A stretch of DNA of 37,919 nucleotides from sequence record MK064562.1. One strand, written 5' to 3'. A program made the translations under genes and the position numbers. Shown here in pieces: positions 1 to 9,296 of the stretch. The number at the start of each line of letters is the position of its first letter. The stretch's first letter is position 1. The notes under the pieces were generated by a model. The model was not told the origin of the DNA, did not search any database, and worked only from the letters and a program-made list of their open reading frames with translations.

Positions 1-144
1 AGAACATCAATAAAATCCTTAACCATTGCATAGAACATCCCACGATTTAACACCTAGAACTCCCCACATCAAATATCAATTTTCTAGAACTTCTTACGTC
101 AATTTTATATTTATCATTCGGCACTATTTTCTATTTATCATTCG
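1..144. repeat. Short terminal direct repeats
   Basis: (T)AGAAC at 1, 31, 55, 85; TCAATTTT at 76 and 99; TATTTATCATTCG at 108-120 and 132-144; spacing 23-30 bp. Confidence 0.75.
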
Positions 145-174
145 TCCCAATAACGCGAACCCCAACCCTATATA

Positions 175-308
175 CATTTTCTTCACTTTTACGCACGTAT
201 TTTTCGCGACCATTTTACGCCACCCCACGTTTTTTTCACGCGAATTCCCCCCCTTATTTTTTCTATACCAACCCCCCGTATCTTCCACATTTATGCCCGA
301 AAAAAACC
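175..308 (+). repeat. Left inverted terminal repeat (part matched at the right end)
   Basis: Reverse complement of 37786-37919; 134 bp with one mismatch (249 vs 37845). Confidence 0.97.
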
Positions 309-317
309 GAAAAAAGC

Positions 318-333
318 ACAAAGCTTTTTAAAC
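318..333 (+). promoter_or_regulatory. Archaeal BRE/TATA promoter of helicase gene
   Basis: AAAGC-TTTTTAAA about 30 nt upstream of ATG 364, just inside the ITR boundary. Confidence 0.5.
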
Positions 334-363
334 CAAACACTTCAATTCAGTTTATGAACTATT

Positions 364-2217
364 ATGGAAAAAAATAAACAAATTTGTGTTAAACCGGCTG
401 GAAAGTTAAGTTCAACCCTTTTTGAAAAGTACCTTTCGTTTTTTAGATTAATTGGTACGTTCAATTCTGAAACTAAGGAATGGTGTCTCAACCAAGTTAA
501 ATTTAACATTGTTGATCCTTTTTTATTGAGGAGAAATTATAATGCCGTAAAGGAGATTGCTGAGCTAATTGGTTTCGTTCCTAGTGAGAATTGGGAGATA
601 ATTGTAAAAATGGTGGAGGAGAAGATAGCTAAAATACCACGAGATTTAACTTTAGGTGACCTCGAAGCTAAAATTGTTCAGAACGAGGTTTACCTTTCAG
701 CAGAAAAGTATCATTATAACGAAATCATTGAACAATTTCAGCAAGAGTTATGCAAGCAAATAAAGTATTTTGACTACAAGGAGCGTAAGTATGTTACTCG
801 TGATCTTTGTTTCTTTAACGTAATGGGTTCAATATTACGATATCTTAGAGGTTTACATCTTATTTCGGAAAGGGCTTTACAACAAATTGGTTTCAAGGTA
901 AAATTGGTTAACGAATATAATCCCGAGATCTCTAAGGTTAACGTCCCTAGTGAGATTTTCAATTATCAGTTAAGGAGTTACCAAGTTGATGCTATTTCCA
1001 ATAGTCTGAAGGCAATAGCGAAAGTTGGTGGAGCTTTGATTCAGCTACCGACGGGTGCCGGGAAGACGCTTATCGGTATGACTCTAGTAAAGCTATTGAT
1101 GGATGCCGGGTTCATAAAGAACGCGTTTGTTGTTGTGAATTCCAAAACTTTAGCCATTCAGTGGTTTAACGTTTTGTCTAAACATTTTGATGACGTTGGT
1201 ATGTACACGGGTGATGAAAAGAATTACGGCAAGGTTACAATTTCTACGTTTCAGAGTATATGGAGTCCTTTAAATAAGAATGCGGGGAATGACATGATTG
1301 AGAGCGGGATTATGGGGAAGTTTAAGAACACGGACTTTGTGATTTTTGATGAGGTTCATCATGTGCCTGCGGATACATTTAAAGCTGTGGCTTCTCTTAA
1401 CCATAATATTCATATCGGGCTATCGGCAACACCGTATAGAGAAGACGCTTATGATGAGGTAATTTACGGTCTTACGTCATCTCCTGTGTATAAGCTGAGA
1501 TTTAGCGATCTACTGGACTTTTTGATACCACCCAAGGTATATAATATCAGAGTGCCTGTGAGTGTTAACGAGGGTTTGAACTTTTTAAATGCCGTAAAGA
1601 ATGCTGAGGATGATAACGGGTTCTTCCAATTGAACCTATACGAGGGTGAAATTTTCGGGGAGGATGAAACTTCGAATAAAAACATGAAGTACATTGATTT
1701 CATGAAAGGGGTTTTGTGGAACGATAAGGTTTGGAAGTATGCCGTATGGCTCGCTAATAAGTTAGTTGAGAAGGGTGTATACCCGGTTATTATTCATTCT
1801 CCTCTTGAAACTCCTGCTAGGTATTTCTCTGAGGCTTTTAATCTGAAGCTATTAAGCGGTAAGAGTGAGGACAGTGAGAGGAAGGTAATATTAGAGGCAT
1901 TAAATAGTCGTGCATTAAAGCTGTGCGTGGCTACGACTGTTATTGATGAGGGTGTAGATATACCTTCTTTGCAATCTTTGATTATGTTATATCCCGGTGG
2001 TTCCAGGGTCAAGTTGATACAAAGGATTGGGAGGCTTGTAAGGAAAGCACAAGGTAAGAATAACGCTTACGTGTTCTTGTTTAACTACATGACGGAGAAT
2101 GAGTGGTTTAATAATATACTGGAGAGACAGAACGAGAAGAGATTAAGTGCGTTAAAAGAAGAACGAGCGTGGCAAATTGTAGACGTTTCTTATCGTGAGG
2201 TATTACAGTCCATTTAG
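364..2217 (+). CDS. Superfamily 2 helicase, XPB/Rad25-like
   Basis: LPTGAGKT (Walker A), DEVHH, LSATP, TTVIDEGVDIP, QRIGRLVR. Confidence 0.95.
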   Translation: MEKNKQICVKPAGKLSSTLFEKYLSFFRLIGTFNSETKEWCLNQVKFNIVDPFLLRRNYNAVKEIAELIGFVPSENWEIIVKMVEEKIAKIPRDLTLGDLEAKIVQNEVYLSAEKYHYNEIIEQFQQELCKQIKYFDYKERKYVTRDLCFFNVMGSILRYLRGLHLISERALQQIGFKVKLVNEYNPEISKVNVPSEIFNYQLRSYQVDAISNSLKAIAKVGGALIQLPTGAGKTLIGMTLVKLLMDAGFIKNAFVVVNSKTLAIQWFNVLSKHFDDVGMYTGDEKNYGKVTISTFQSIWSPLNKNAGNDMIESGIMGKFKNTDFVIFDEVHHVPADTFKAVASLNHNIHIGLSATPYREDAYDEVIYGLTSSPVYKLRFSDLLDFLIPPKVYNIRVPVSVNEGLNFLNAVKNAEDDNGFFQLNLYEGEIFGEDETSNKNMKYIDFMKGVLWNDKVWKYAVWLANKLVEKGVYPVIIHSPLETPARYFSEAFNLKLLSGKSEDSERKVILEALNSRALKLCVATTVIDEGVDIPSLQSLIMLYPGGSRVKLIQRIGRLVRKAQGKNNAYVFLFNYMTENEWFNNILERQNEKRLSALKEERAWQIVDVSYREVLQSI

Positions 2218-2249
2218 TTTAAAAAGCTTTCTTTTTTTACTTTTAACAC

Positions 2250-2690
2250 ATGATTCAAGTTGAGTTTCAAGTTAATAAGAACAATTTTAAAAATTTGTAT
2301 GATATTTTTTTGGATTATGATATAAGGTTTAACTTCAAGGGTTATAACGTAACGTTTCATTTCGTTAAGTTGGGTTATCTTGTTTTTAATACCGGTTTGG
2401 TGGCTACTGAACGGCTTGTTATTGATCTGAGGTTTTTTATTATTGATGGTGGATCGGGTTTCATGGACTCTGTTACTTACGTTACTGATAATGTTAATTT
2501 TAACTTTTTGTTTTTTAGTGTAAATAGTCTACATAACAAAATAAATTACGATACATTTATACTGAAGTTATTGTATGCTTTTCATCTTTATCACATTGAG
2601 GTTACTTTGGATGATTTGAGGGAGATAACCAGGATTGTGAGAATGTATTTTGTAAAATTGCTTAAAGATAACTCATATCTTACGCCCTAA
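2250..2690 (+). CDS. Hypothetical protein (terminal accessory gene)
   Basis: 146-aa ORF; TTTAAAA box about 25 nt upstream followed by a T-tract. Confidence 0.75.
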   Translation: MIQVEFQVNKNNFKNLYDIFLDYDIRFNFKGYNVTFHFVKLGYLVFNTGLVATERLVIDLRFFIIDGGSGFMDSVTYVTDNVNFNFLFFSVNSLHNKINYDTFILKLLYAFHLYHIEVTLDDLREITRIVRMYFVKLLKDNSYLTP

Positions 2691-2813
2691 ATAAATGCTT
2701 TTTTATTTTTTTCATGATTTAGTTTTTAATAACAATAAGGGTTTAATTTTTAATAAAAGTAAGCTATAAAAAATATTAAGACAAAGAAGATTAAAAAATG
2801 AGTTAATGTTATT

Positions 2814-3227
2814 TCATGAAATTATTATGTAGTCATTGAACAAAGGTAAATTTTTATTGTTATTTAACAGTGCCGTTCTTATATTTTCCGGTAGTTGGTC
2901 TAAAGGCGTAACAGGTTCTTGTTTATCGAATAACCGATATTTCGTTATTGTCACATAATCTCCATTTTCATTTATTTTTATTAGTTCTACATCAATGTAA
3001 ACATTTCCTGTGTTTGTTCTGTAAGCATCGTATACTATGTATTGTTTGTTTGTTTTTAATGTATATAGTCTTGTACCATGGTGTCCTGTGGATGATGTAA
3101 ATAGCTGACTATCTACTATTTTACCGCTATCAAAATCTATCACAATAGTATCCTTTAATCCTCTTCCTTCTCTTGTTCTTTTGTACTCGCATTTAAGTGT
3201 TACTGTTATGCTTCGTATTTCACACAT
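2814..3227 (-). CDS. Hypothetical beta-rich protein
   Basis: 137-aa ORF overlapping the upstream ORF; SSTGHHG motif. Confidence 0.8.
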   Translation of the reverse strand: MCEIRSITVTLKCEYKRTREGRGLKDTIVIDFDSGKIVDSQLFTSSTGHHGTRLYTLKTNKQYIVYDAYRTNTGNVYIDVELIKINENGDYVTITKYRLFDKQEPVTPLDQLPENIRTALLNNNKNLPLFNDYIIIS

Positions 3228-3594
3228 CTTTATCCCCGCATGTGATTTCTATTTTCCTTAGCTCCATTAAAAATGATCCATTTAACCTTTTTAATTTGTC
3301 TCTTACCTTTTCCGGTATTTCTATACCGTATCCATATATTGGCTGATATACTGTAGCTTCTATGTTTTGATTTGTTTCGTTTATGGTTATATCTATAAAT
3401 GTATCGGCGTATATTTCTTTTGTTATTTTTATTTTGCCTTTTTTGGATAATGATTTTTTTTCTTTTTCTTGTAATTCTTCTATTGTTTTGGCTATTTCCT
3501 CCGGGTCTGAGATATAACTTACTTTTTTAAATTGGGTTGACATTTTCCCCGTATATACGCTTTTCATTAAAACTGAATAAAAATATTTTCGCAA
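3220..3594 (-). CDS. Hypothetical protein (start uncertain)
   Basis: 124-aa ORF; later Mets (MKSVY, MSTQF) are plausible starts. Confidence 0.75.
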   Translation of the reverse strand: MRKYFYSVLMKSVYTGKMSTQFKKVSYISDPEEIAKTIEELQEKEKKSLSKKGKIKITKEIYADTFIDITINETNQNIEATVYQPIYGYGIEIPEKVRDKLKRLNGSFLMELRKIEITCGDKDV

Positions 3595-3722
3595 ATAATA
3601 CTATTATAATATTTGCTTGAGTTTTTTCGTTTGATGATCATTTATATATTGTAAAGGATTTGGATTAATGTTGTATTATGTGAAATAACATTTAAATTGT
3701 GTTTCATGTTAAGCGTTTAAAC

Positions 3723-3989
3723 ATGAGTAAGAATTTATGTAAGGTGTATGAGCAAGATATTAAAGAACTTTTTATTGATAATAGGTTAAATGATCAGTAT
3801 GATGAGATACAAATAGTCCGTTTTTTATGGTATGATCACGTATCACCTGACATCAATTATTATACGTGGTTAATTAAAATCAAGGGACAAAGAGGGAAGT
3901 ATGTGTTGTATAGGTATAACAGGGGTTCATATAACTATATTGCCTTGTATAGAGAGGGTAAGAGGTTATGTGAAGTTGAGTTTAAGTAA
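3723..3989 (+). CDS. Hypothetical protein
   Basis: ORF 3699-3989; TTTAAAT at about 3691 favours leaderless ATG 3723. Confidence 0.7.
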   Translation: MSKNLCKVYEQDIKELFIDNRLNDQYDEIQIVRFLWYDHVSPDINYYTWLIKIKGQRGKYVLYRYNRGSYNYIALYREGKRLCEVEFK

Positions 3990-4278
3990 CTATACTATAT
4001 ATTTACTAAAGAAGTATTTAGATGTGGAAGTAAAGGGTAATGCAATAAATATTTATAATTTTAAGCGTTTATCTGTAGAGGATTTGAACGGATATGTTGT
4101 AATCACGGCATTTTTTGAATGGGGTTTAATTCGAAAACATTACGAAAAGCTTATTTTCATCATATCAAATCAGAATGTAACGTTAGATATACACGGTATG
4201 ACATTACGGTTTAAGGGTAGTGTGAATATCTATTCTTATGGTGACTACGTGACTTTTGTCATATATGTTTATGAGTAG
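3901..4278 (+). CDS. Hypothetical protein (start probably near 3970)
   Basis: 125-aa ORF overlapping the previous gene. Confidence 0.65.
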   Translation: MCCIGITGVHITILPCIERVRGYVKLSLSNYTIYLLKKYLDVEVKGNAINIYNFKRLSVEDLNGYVVITAFFEWGLIRKHYEKLIFIISNQNVTLDIHGMTLRFKGSVNIYSYGDYVTFVIYVYE

Positions 4279-4416
4279 TTAGTTTTTTTGTGTCTTTAGG
4301 TTTTGTGGGTTGATGTTGATGGTGTAATATAGTTAGTTAGAAGTGAGTGTTTTATGGTGATTTATATAAAAAATATAATTGGTTGTAATAGGTTTAAATG
4401 ATTAGGGGTATGGTTT

Positions 4417-5076
4417 ATGAGTAAAATATACATTCTATTTTGGCAAGCTTTTTCCCTACCCATTGCATATATTGTTACTAACGTATATCTTAATATTGGT
4501 AACTATGTTGTCCAGTTGGATAAATTTTTCCACGTTAAATTTTTATTTAATCTCCCTGAAAGTTGGTTTCTAGCTTTAATAATATTTCTTGCCATATTTA
4601 TATTTCCTAACTTCTATGTATTTATATCTCTTCATTTCATGAAGAAAGATTTTATTAATAGAAAAATTCAGCAAGATATACATATAAAGCCTTACGAACA
4701 ATATATAGAAATAAATAACATGAGTTATACTATAAGGGATACTTTAGATAATCAATTAATATGTTTCATTTTAGTTTCCGTACTTTCTTTCATTATAAAT
4801 TATTCTTCCTTAATTCTTCTGTTGTTATATTCTGTTACACTAATTATAATAAGTATGGTGTACGTAGAAGGTTCGTTAATAGTCATAAACCCCTACTTAC
4901 GGTTCAAATATAATATTTTTATCTTGCGAAGTGGTGATAAAACACTTTATATTATTATGGAGAAGGAGAAAGAGTTCGAAAGACCCAGATTTTCCGAATA
5001 TGTAATTGATTGGTATTACGACCATTTTATATTGATCGGGTTTAAAGATATCAGAGATAAGTTTACTTTTATTTAA
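4417..5076 (+). CDS. Multi-pass membrane protein, possibly KwaA-like
   Basis: About 4 hydrophobic segments; VYVEGSLIVINPYLRFKYNIF motif. Confidence 0.7.
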   Translation: MSKIYILFWQAFSLPIAYIVTNVYLNIGNYVVQLDKFFHVKFLFNLPESWFLALIIFLAIFIFPNFYVFISLHFMKKDFINRKIQQDIHIKPYEQYIEINNMSYTIRDTLDNQLICFILVSVLSFIINYSSLILLLLYSVTLIIISMVYVEGSLIVINPYLRFKYNIFILRSGDKTLYIIMEKEKEFERPRFSEYVIDWYYDHFILIGFKDIRDKFTFI

Positions 5077-5127
5077 ATACTATTTTCATCTTGTGACTAC
5101 GTGACTTTTGTTACATTGTTAGTTTTT

Positions 5128-5616
5128 TTATGTTGTTATTTTTTTAATTAGTTCAATTATTTTATCTTGCATTTGTTCTATTGCTTTTTTATCTAAGCTA
5201 TTTTCTACCTGTCCTATTGTTGAATTCGCTATGTAAATTATTTCGTGAATAAGTATAGATTGAAATAGTATTATATTTTTTATGTGTTTTTCAAGTAATT
5301 CATGGGCTTCCGATTCTTTTTTTAAACTCTCATTTGCTCTCAGTAGGTAGTTTCTTATTTCTTCAAATTTCTTAAGGTTTTTTTCACTCAACATGTTTTT
5401 ATTTATATCCGGGTTTTTGATTATTTCGTTTGTGATAGTTGCCAAATTATCAATAATTTGTATCGTATTATCTATTATTTGTTGATATACGTATAATGAG
5501 TCCTTGTTGATTACTATGATCCCTCTGGTTATTAACGTTAGGTAAAATTTTTGACGGTCTTTTAACAATATATCTAGTACTTCCACGTATCTTTCATTTA
5601 TTTCTTGAACGTCCAT
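5128..5616 (-). CDS. Hypothetical alpha-helical protein
   Basis: ORF 5128-5634; TTTAAATA about 28 nt and AAGGTGG upstream of ATG 5616 favour MDVQEIN start. Confidence 0.8.
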   Translation of the reverse strand: MDVQEINERYVEVLDILLKDRQKFYLTLITRGIIVINKDSLYVYQQIIDNTIQIIDNLATITNEIIKNPDINKNMLSEKNLKKFEEIRNYLLRANESLKKESEAHELLEKHIKNIILFQSILIHEIIYIANSTIGQVENSLDKKAIEQMQDKIIELIKKITT

Positions 5617-5643
5617 TTTCTTTGCCACCTTCATTTAAAATGA

Positions 5644-5796
5644 CTATTTAAATATGATCTTCATTTCTATTGGGTCTATATACGGTGTTTTATCTTTAAC
5701 TAACGGTACTAACGCTTTCGGGATCCTAACGTAATATATTGTCTCTTTGCCTACTTTTCTTCTCGAAAGGTTTGTTTTTATCAAACGCTCATCCAT
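5644..5796 (-). CDS. Small AbrB/SpoVT-like DNA-binding protein (50 aa, not in ORF track)
   Basis: Hand translation MDERLIKTNLSRRKVGKETIYYVRIPKALVPLVKDKTPYIDPIEMKIIFK; YYVRIPK swapped-hairpin pattern; fills the operon gap. Confidence 0.65.
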   Translation of the reverse strand: MDERLIKTNLSRRKVGKETIYYVRIPKALVPLVKDKTPYIDPIEMKIIFK

Positions 5797-5818
5797 GATA
5801 CTATACTAATTTTTATGT

Positions 5819-6598
5819 TTAAAAATATATACTACTTTTTTGCATTTCAACAAGTGTCATAATGCTGTCCGTGTCTACCCTATTTTTTACATGTTCACGT
5901 ATTGTTTCCTTTAGCTCATCGTATTCGTTTTTCTTCATTTTTAATGCGTATTCTATTGCCTCATCAAAACTTTTGATGTCAATCGTGTCTAGTACGTACG
6001 TGTTCAGTAACGTGTTTTTGACTACTATGTCACCCGTTACGTAAAAGTGGATTCCCGGCGTGTCTTTGTGTGTTATCGGTATACACGCGTTTGCCATTGC
6101 CTCGTAAAGGTATAAGTCTTCGCTTTGTTTTGACAGGTTTGTATAAATACAAAAATGGTGTGACGCGAATTCTTCTAATCGGTTGTTTTTAGCTTCAATT
6201 ATATTGAAAAGTTTGAAGTACTTGGATTTCCTAAGATATGAAATTCCGTACATGTCAAAATAATAGTTATCAACGATTAACATGAATAATGATTTATGCT
6301 TTTTTTCCTCTATACGGAAAATAGGTGGTGGTAACGTTTCATACACGTTGAAAAACTTGTTGTAACGTTCTGAGGGTGTGATTATCTTTAAGTTGTATAG
6401 ATTAACGGTTTTAATGTCGTATGCGTCGGTAAAGCAATAAATAAAGCGTCTTCTTGTGTCTATTGATGAGAGAAAAACGTCTATTACTTTCCCGCATTCT
6501 GTAAAAACTAGTTTAGCTTTTTCAAGTGTACTATTTGTCCTTACGGGGAAGTATTTAAAAAAGGGGAATTTATCATCTACGTAGATAGTTGGAACGAT
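5819..6598 (-). CDS. Divergent GT-B (GT4-like) glycosyltransferase with non-canonical or mutated start
   Basis: Frame open 6604-5819; KIITPSE and LYEAMANACIPI motifs; no ATG/GTG/TTG before 6346; SD-like GGAGGATGA upstream of ATC at 6598. Confidence 0.6.
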   Translation of the reverse strand: MVPTIYVDDKFPFFKYFPVRTNSTLEKAKLVFTECGKVIDVFLSSIDTRRRFIYCFTDAYDIKTVNLYNLKIITPSERYNKFFNVYETLPPPIFRIEEKKHKSLFMLIVDNYYFDMYGISYLRKSKYFKLFNIIEAKNNRLEEFASHHFCIYTNLSKQSEDLYLYEAMANACIPITHKDTPGIHFYVTGDIVVKNTLLNTYVLDTIDIKSFDEAIEYALKMKKNEYDELKETIREHVKNRVDTDSIMTLVEMQKSSIYF

Positions 6599-8364
6599 AG
6601 TAAATCATCCTCCTTTTCAATTGTTAATGTATATTCTTTGTCCTCTTCTGTGGCTATTTCAACCCTTACTCCTTCTATTCGTACTGGTATGTGCGTTCCC
6701 GGTTTTGCTATTCTGAATATTGTCCTATCAAATATGTAGTTGTCAAGTCCTAGGATTCTGGTCACGTCTTCTAGCAATGTCGGGTTCTCGTGTGCTAGGT
6801 TTAACACGTTTTCGAGGAATGTTAGATATATGCCTTCTCTTTGTATTATTTGTAATAGTGTTACGTAAGGTCTTTCGAAACTATACGTACCGTGTTCATG
6901 AATTTCGAAGTACGCGTGTATGTATTCGTGAAATGTGGCGATCATGTATAATGTTTCTAGTGTGTCTTTCTCAGCCATTCCCAGTTCCGGGGCTTCTATT
7001 TTTGTCATTATCCTGGGTGGGGATAGGAATATATACTGTTTTTCAGCGAATTTTGTTATTCCTAATAAATCGCTCGTTTGGTACGCGTAACTGTCCTTTA
7101 ACACGAATAGGGGTATTTTTTGTAGTTTATAATCTAGTATTGCGTAATCGTTTGTTATCCCGAGGAAAGCTAATACTGTGTTAAATGCCCATAATCCTGC
7201 TAATACTCCTTTCTTTATGTCATCAGGCAGTTCTGCGAACTTGTATGAGTTGTTTAAAAGTATCATTATGTCTCTATTTTGAGAATATTCTTTTGCCGTG
7301 AATGCCTCATATCCTTTCTTTCTAATTCTATTTACAACAGTTTCAAATATGTAATCATATTGTATATTGAATCCGAACCCGTTACCTATCATTATTATTT
7401 CTTTTAACGATCCTACAATGATCGGCTTTACATCAAAGGCTTTAGCTATTGAGATTATTGCGTCTGCAAATACGTCATTCAGCTCTACCATGATGGGGCT
7501 ATAATCACCCGGGAAGTTAAACAAGAACGCGTTCCCCTCTTTTTTCCCGTTTTCTATAATCGCTTCCTTTATTAGTTCTTTGTCTTCATTTGATAATTTG
7601 CCGAGTTGTTCGTATAACGTTGAGTTATATGGATTTACTTTTGTGCGGTATTGGTCTGCGTATACACAACATAAGTTAACGCTAAACGGTAGATCCCACT
7701 TTCCGGAATACATCCCGTTGTGGTATACATTACGTCCTTCTTTCAACACTTGGGTTTTTCCCTTCCACAATAAATCAATGTCAAGTTTTTTCCCTTCCAC
7801 GTAAACGGTGGTTTGTCCTTTTGTTTCAGCTTTTCCCCGTAATACAACAAGTCTACACATGTCATCTACGTCTTTGATTTTTATTGTCCCGTTACAATAC
7901 CCCGCGAACATGTATGCGTGGTTATCAGTTAACACGAGTGCGGTTTTTCCGATTAGTAACATGGTACCCATTGCTTGTTTCAGCCCTACCCCGAACTTTC
8001 CTATTAAACAACACGGAGGTTTTGTTTGAGTTGTCTTTGTCGTGAAACCCAATTCAAAGGCTTCCTCACTTATTGCTCCTTCAGACCTTATTACATAATA
8101 ACCGTTTTCGTAATCCAGTTTTACGTTTCTATATGCGTTCAAGAAGTCAAGCGTTTTTTGTATTTCGTTATCAATCGCGTTCTGTAGGAATTCTCGGATA
8201 ACGAATAACAGTAATTGGTTTTCATCTTGTGATGTATACGTGTAAACTGACTCGGACACAGTCCTAAAATAATGTAATCTGATATCGCTTGATATGAACG
8301 CTTCGTCGAAAGTTAGTTTTATTGGTTGGTTTATGGTGATAGGAGGTATTTTTATGAACTCCAT
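6577..8364 (-). CDS. GHKL (Hsp90/MORC-like) ATPase fused to HExxH zincin-like metallopeptidase
   Basis: IREFLQNAIDN, FELGFTTK, IGKFGVGLK; C-terminal FHEYIHAYFEIHEHGTYSF. Confidence 0.85.
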   Translation of the reverse strand: MEFIKIPPITINQPIKLTFDEAFISSDIRLHYFRTVSESVYTYTSQDENQLLLFVIREFLQNAIDNEIQKTLDFLNAYRNVKLDYENGYYVIRSEGAISEEAFELGFTTKTTQTKPPCCLIGKFGVGLKQAMGTMLLIGKTALVLTDNHAYMFAGYCNGTIKIKDVDDMCRLVVLRGKAETKGQTTVYVEGKKLDIDLLWKGKTQVLKEGRNVYHNGMYSGKWDLPFSVNLCCVYADQYRTKVNPYNSTLYEQLGKLSNEDKELIKEAIIENGKKEGNAFLFNFPGDYSPIMVELNDVFADAIISIAKAFDVKPIIVGSLKEIIMIGNGFGFNIQYDYIFETVVNRIRKKGYEAFTAKEYSQNRDIMILLNNSYKFAELPDDIKKGVLAGLWAFNTVLAFLGITNDYAILDYKLQKIPLFVLKDSYAYQTSDLLGITKFAEKQYIFLSPPRIMTKIEAPELGMAEKDTLETLYMIATFHEYIHAYFEIHEHGTYSFERPYVTLLQIIQREGIYLTFLENVLNLAHENPTLLEDVTRILGLDNYIFDRTIFRIAKPGTHIPVRIEGVRVEIATEEDKEYTLTIEKEDDLLSFQLST

Positions 8365-9296
8365 TTAGTACACCTCATTCCTAATGTATTAAGTCTTTCC
8401 AATTCTCTTATAACAGTTTTTCCGTACTTTAAGCTTGTCACCTCTTCGCAGTACCCTTGTATTAAGTTCAACTCGGCAAGACGTTTAAGTAACGCTTGTA
8501 CAACCTTTGATGCGTTTGACTCATTTATTGCCATTTCAAAGTTTATTTGTGGCACGACAAGCGTGTTAACTTGTGATATGTACATGTCCAGTTCAGGTGG
8601 GTTTGGAAGCGAATATTGAATTAACGCTTGTTGGACAAAGTCCAGTAAATCTTGTTTTTCGGTTGCGGGCGGTGGTATAATTACATTTTCAGTTGTGATT
8701 TTCTTACAGAATAAGTTGGGGTCACTTACAATGTATACCGGTTTTTTAAATATTTGGTATACGCTTTCCGCTCGTGATAATGTTGTGTTTTGTAGTACTA
8801 TTATGTCAGAACAATCCATGATTTTCTTTCTATTTTGATAAAACGCGGGACATTTGTACACGTTTTCAGCTATTTCAACACAAAACGGTTTAAGATTCAG
8901 ACTATCAAGGTATGCTTTCAATTCATCCTTAGTTACGTAGTGGTCTATGTCTATGTTTCTTCCAGTCCAATAATCTTCAACCGTCGGTACTCCGCATACC
9001 TTAGTTGCTAACGGGTTGTAAAATATCTGTGTGTTAAAGTTTACGAAAATTGTTATATTTTTGTAAAACGATACGGTCTTTTTCATCCCGTTCTTGTCGT
9101 AACAGTAATTCTTAAAGCATACCATTTTCACTCCATCCCTTTCGTTATTGGCATAGAGTAATTCGAGTAGTCCTTTTGATGGTTTCATTGAACCCGGTGT
9201 TTCGATTTCGATAACGTAATGCTTGGGGTTTATATTTAAGTTTTCAGTGCATACGGTTAACGCTAGGTTTTTGAAGAATTCATTTTGGAATATCAT
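8352..9296 (-). CDS. Hypothetical Cys-rich protein, coupled to the GHKL gene
   Basis: 314-aa ORF overlapping the GHKL start by 13 nt. Confidence 0.85.
   Translation of the reverse strand: MIFQNEFFKNLALTVCTENLNINPKHYVIEIETPGSMKPSKGLLELLYANNERDGVKMVCFKNYCYDKNGMKKTVSFYKNITIFVNFNTQIFYNPLATKVCGVPTVEDYWTGRNIDIDHYVTKDELKAYLDSLNLKPFCVEIAENVYKCPAFYQNRKKIMDCSDIIVLQNTTLSRAESVYQIFKKPVYIVSDPNLFCKKITTENVIIPPPATEKQDLLDFVQQALIQYSLPNPPELDMYISQVNTLVVPQINFEMAINESNASKVVQALLKRLAELNLIQGYCEEVTSLKYGKTVIRELERLNTLGMRCTKWSS

Noticed and set aside
26-331. ORFs inside the terminal repeat (101 aa + and 65 aa -)
   Set aside because: Low-complexity translation of the skewed ITR; no expression signals
2691-2813. Short hydrophobic reading frame on the minus strand
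   Set aside because: No in-frame start codon; more likely a convergent AT-rich terminator region
6595-6612. Canonical -1 slippery heptamer linking the GHKL and GT frames
   Set aside because: TGATTTA does not fit X XXY YYZ; recoding is retained only as one of several hypotheses
6720-7184. 154-aa ORF antisense to the GHKL gene
   Set aside because: Shadow of a clear coding sequence
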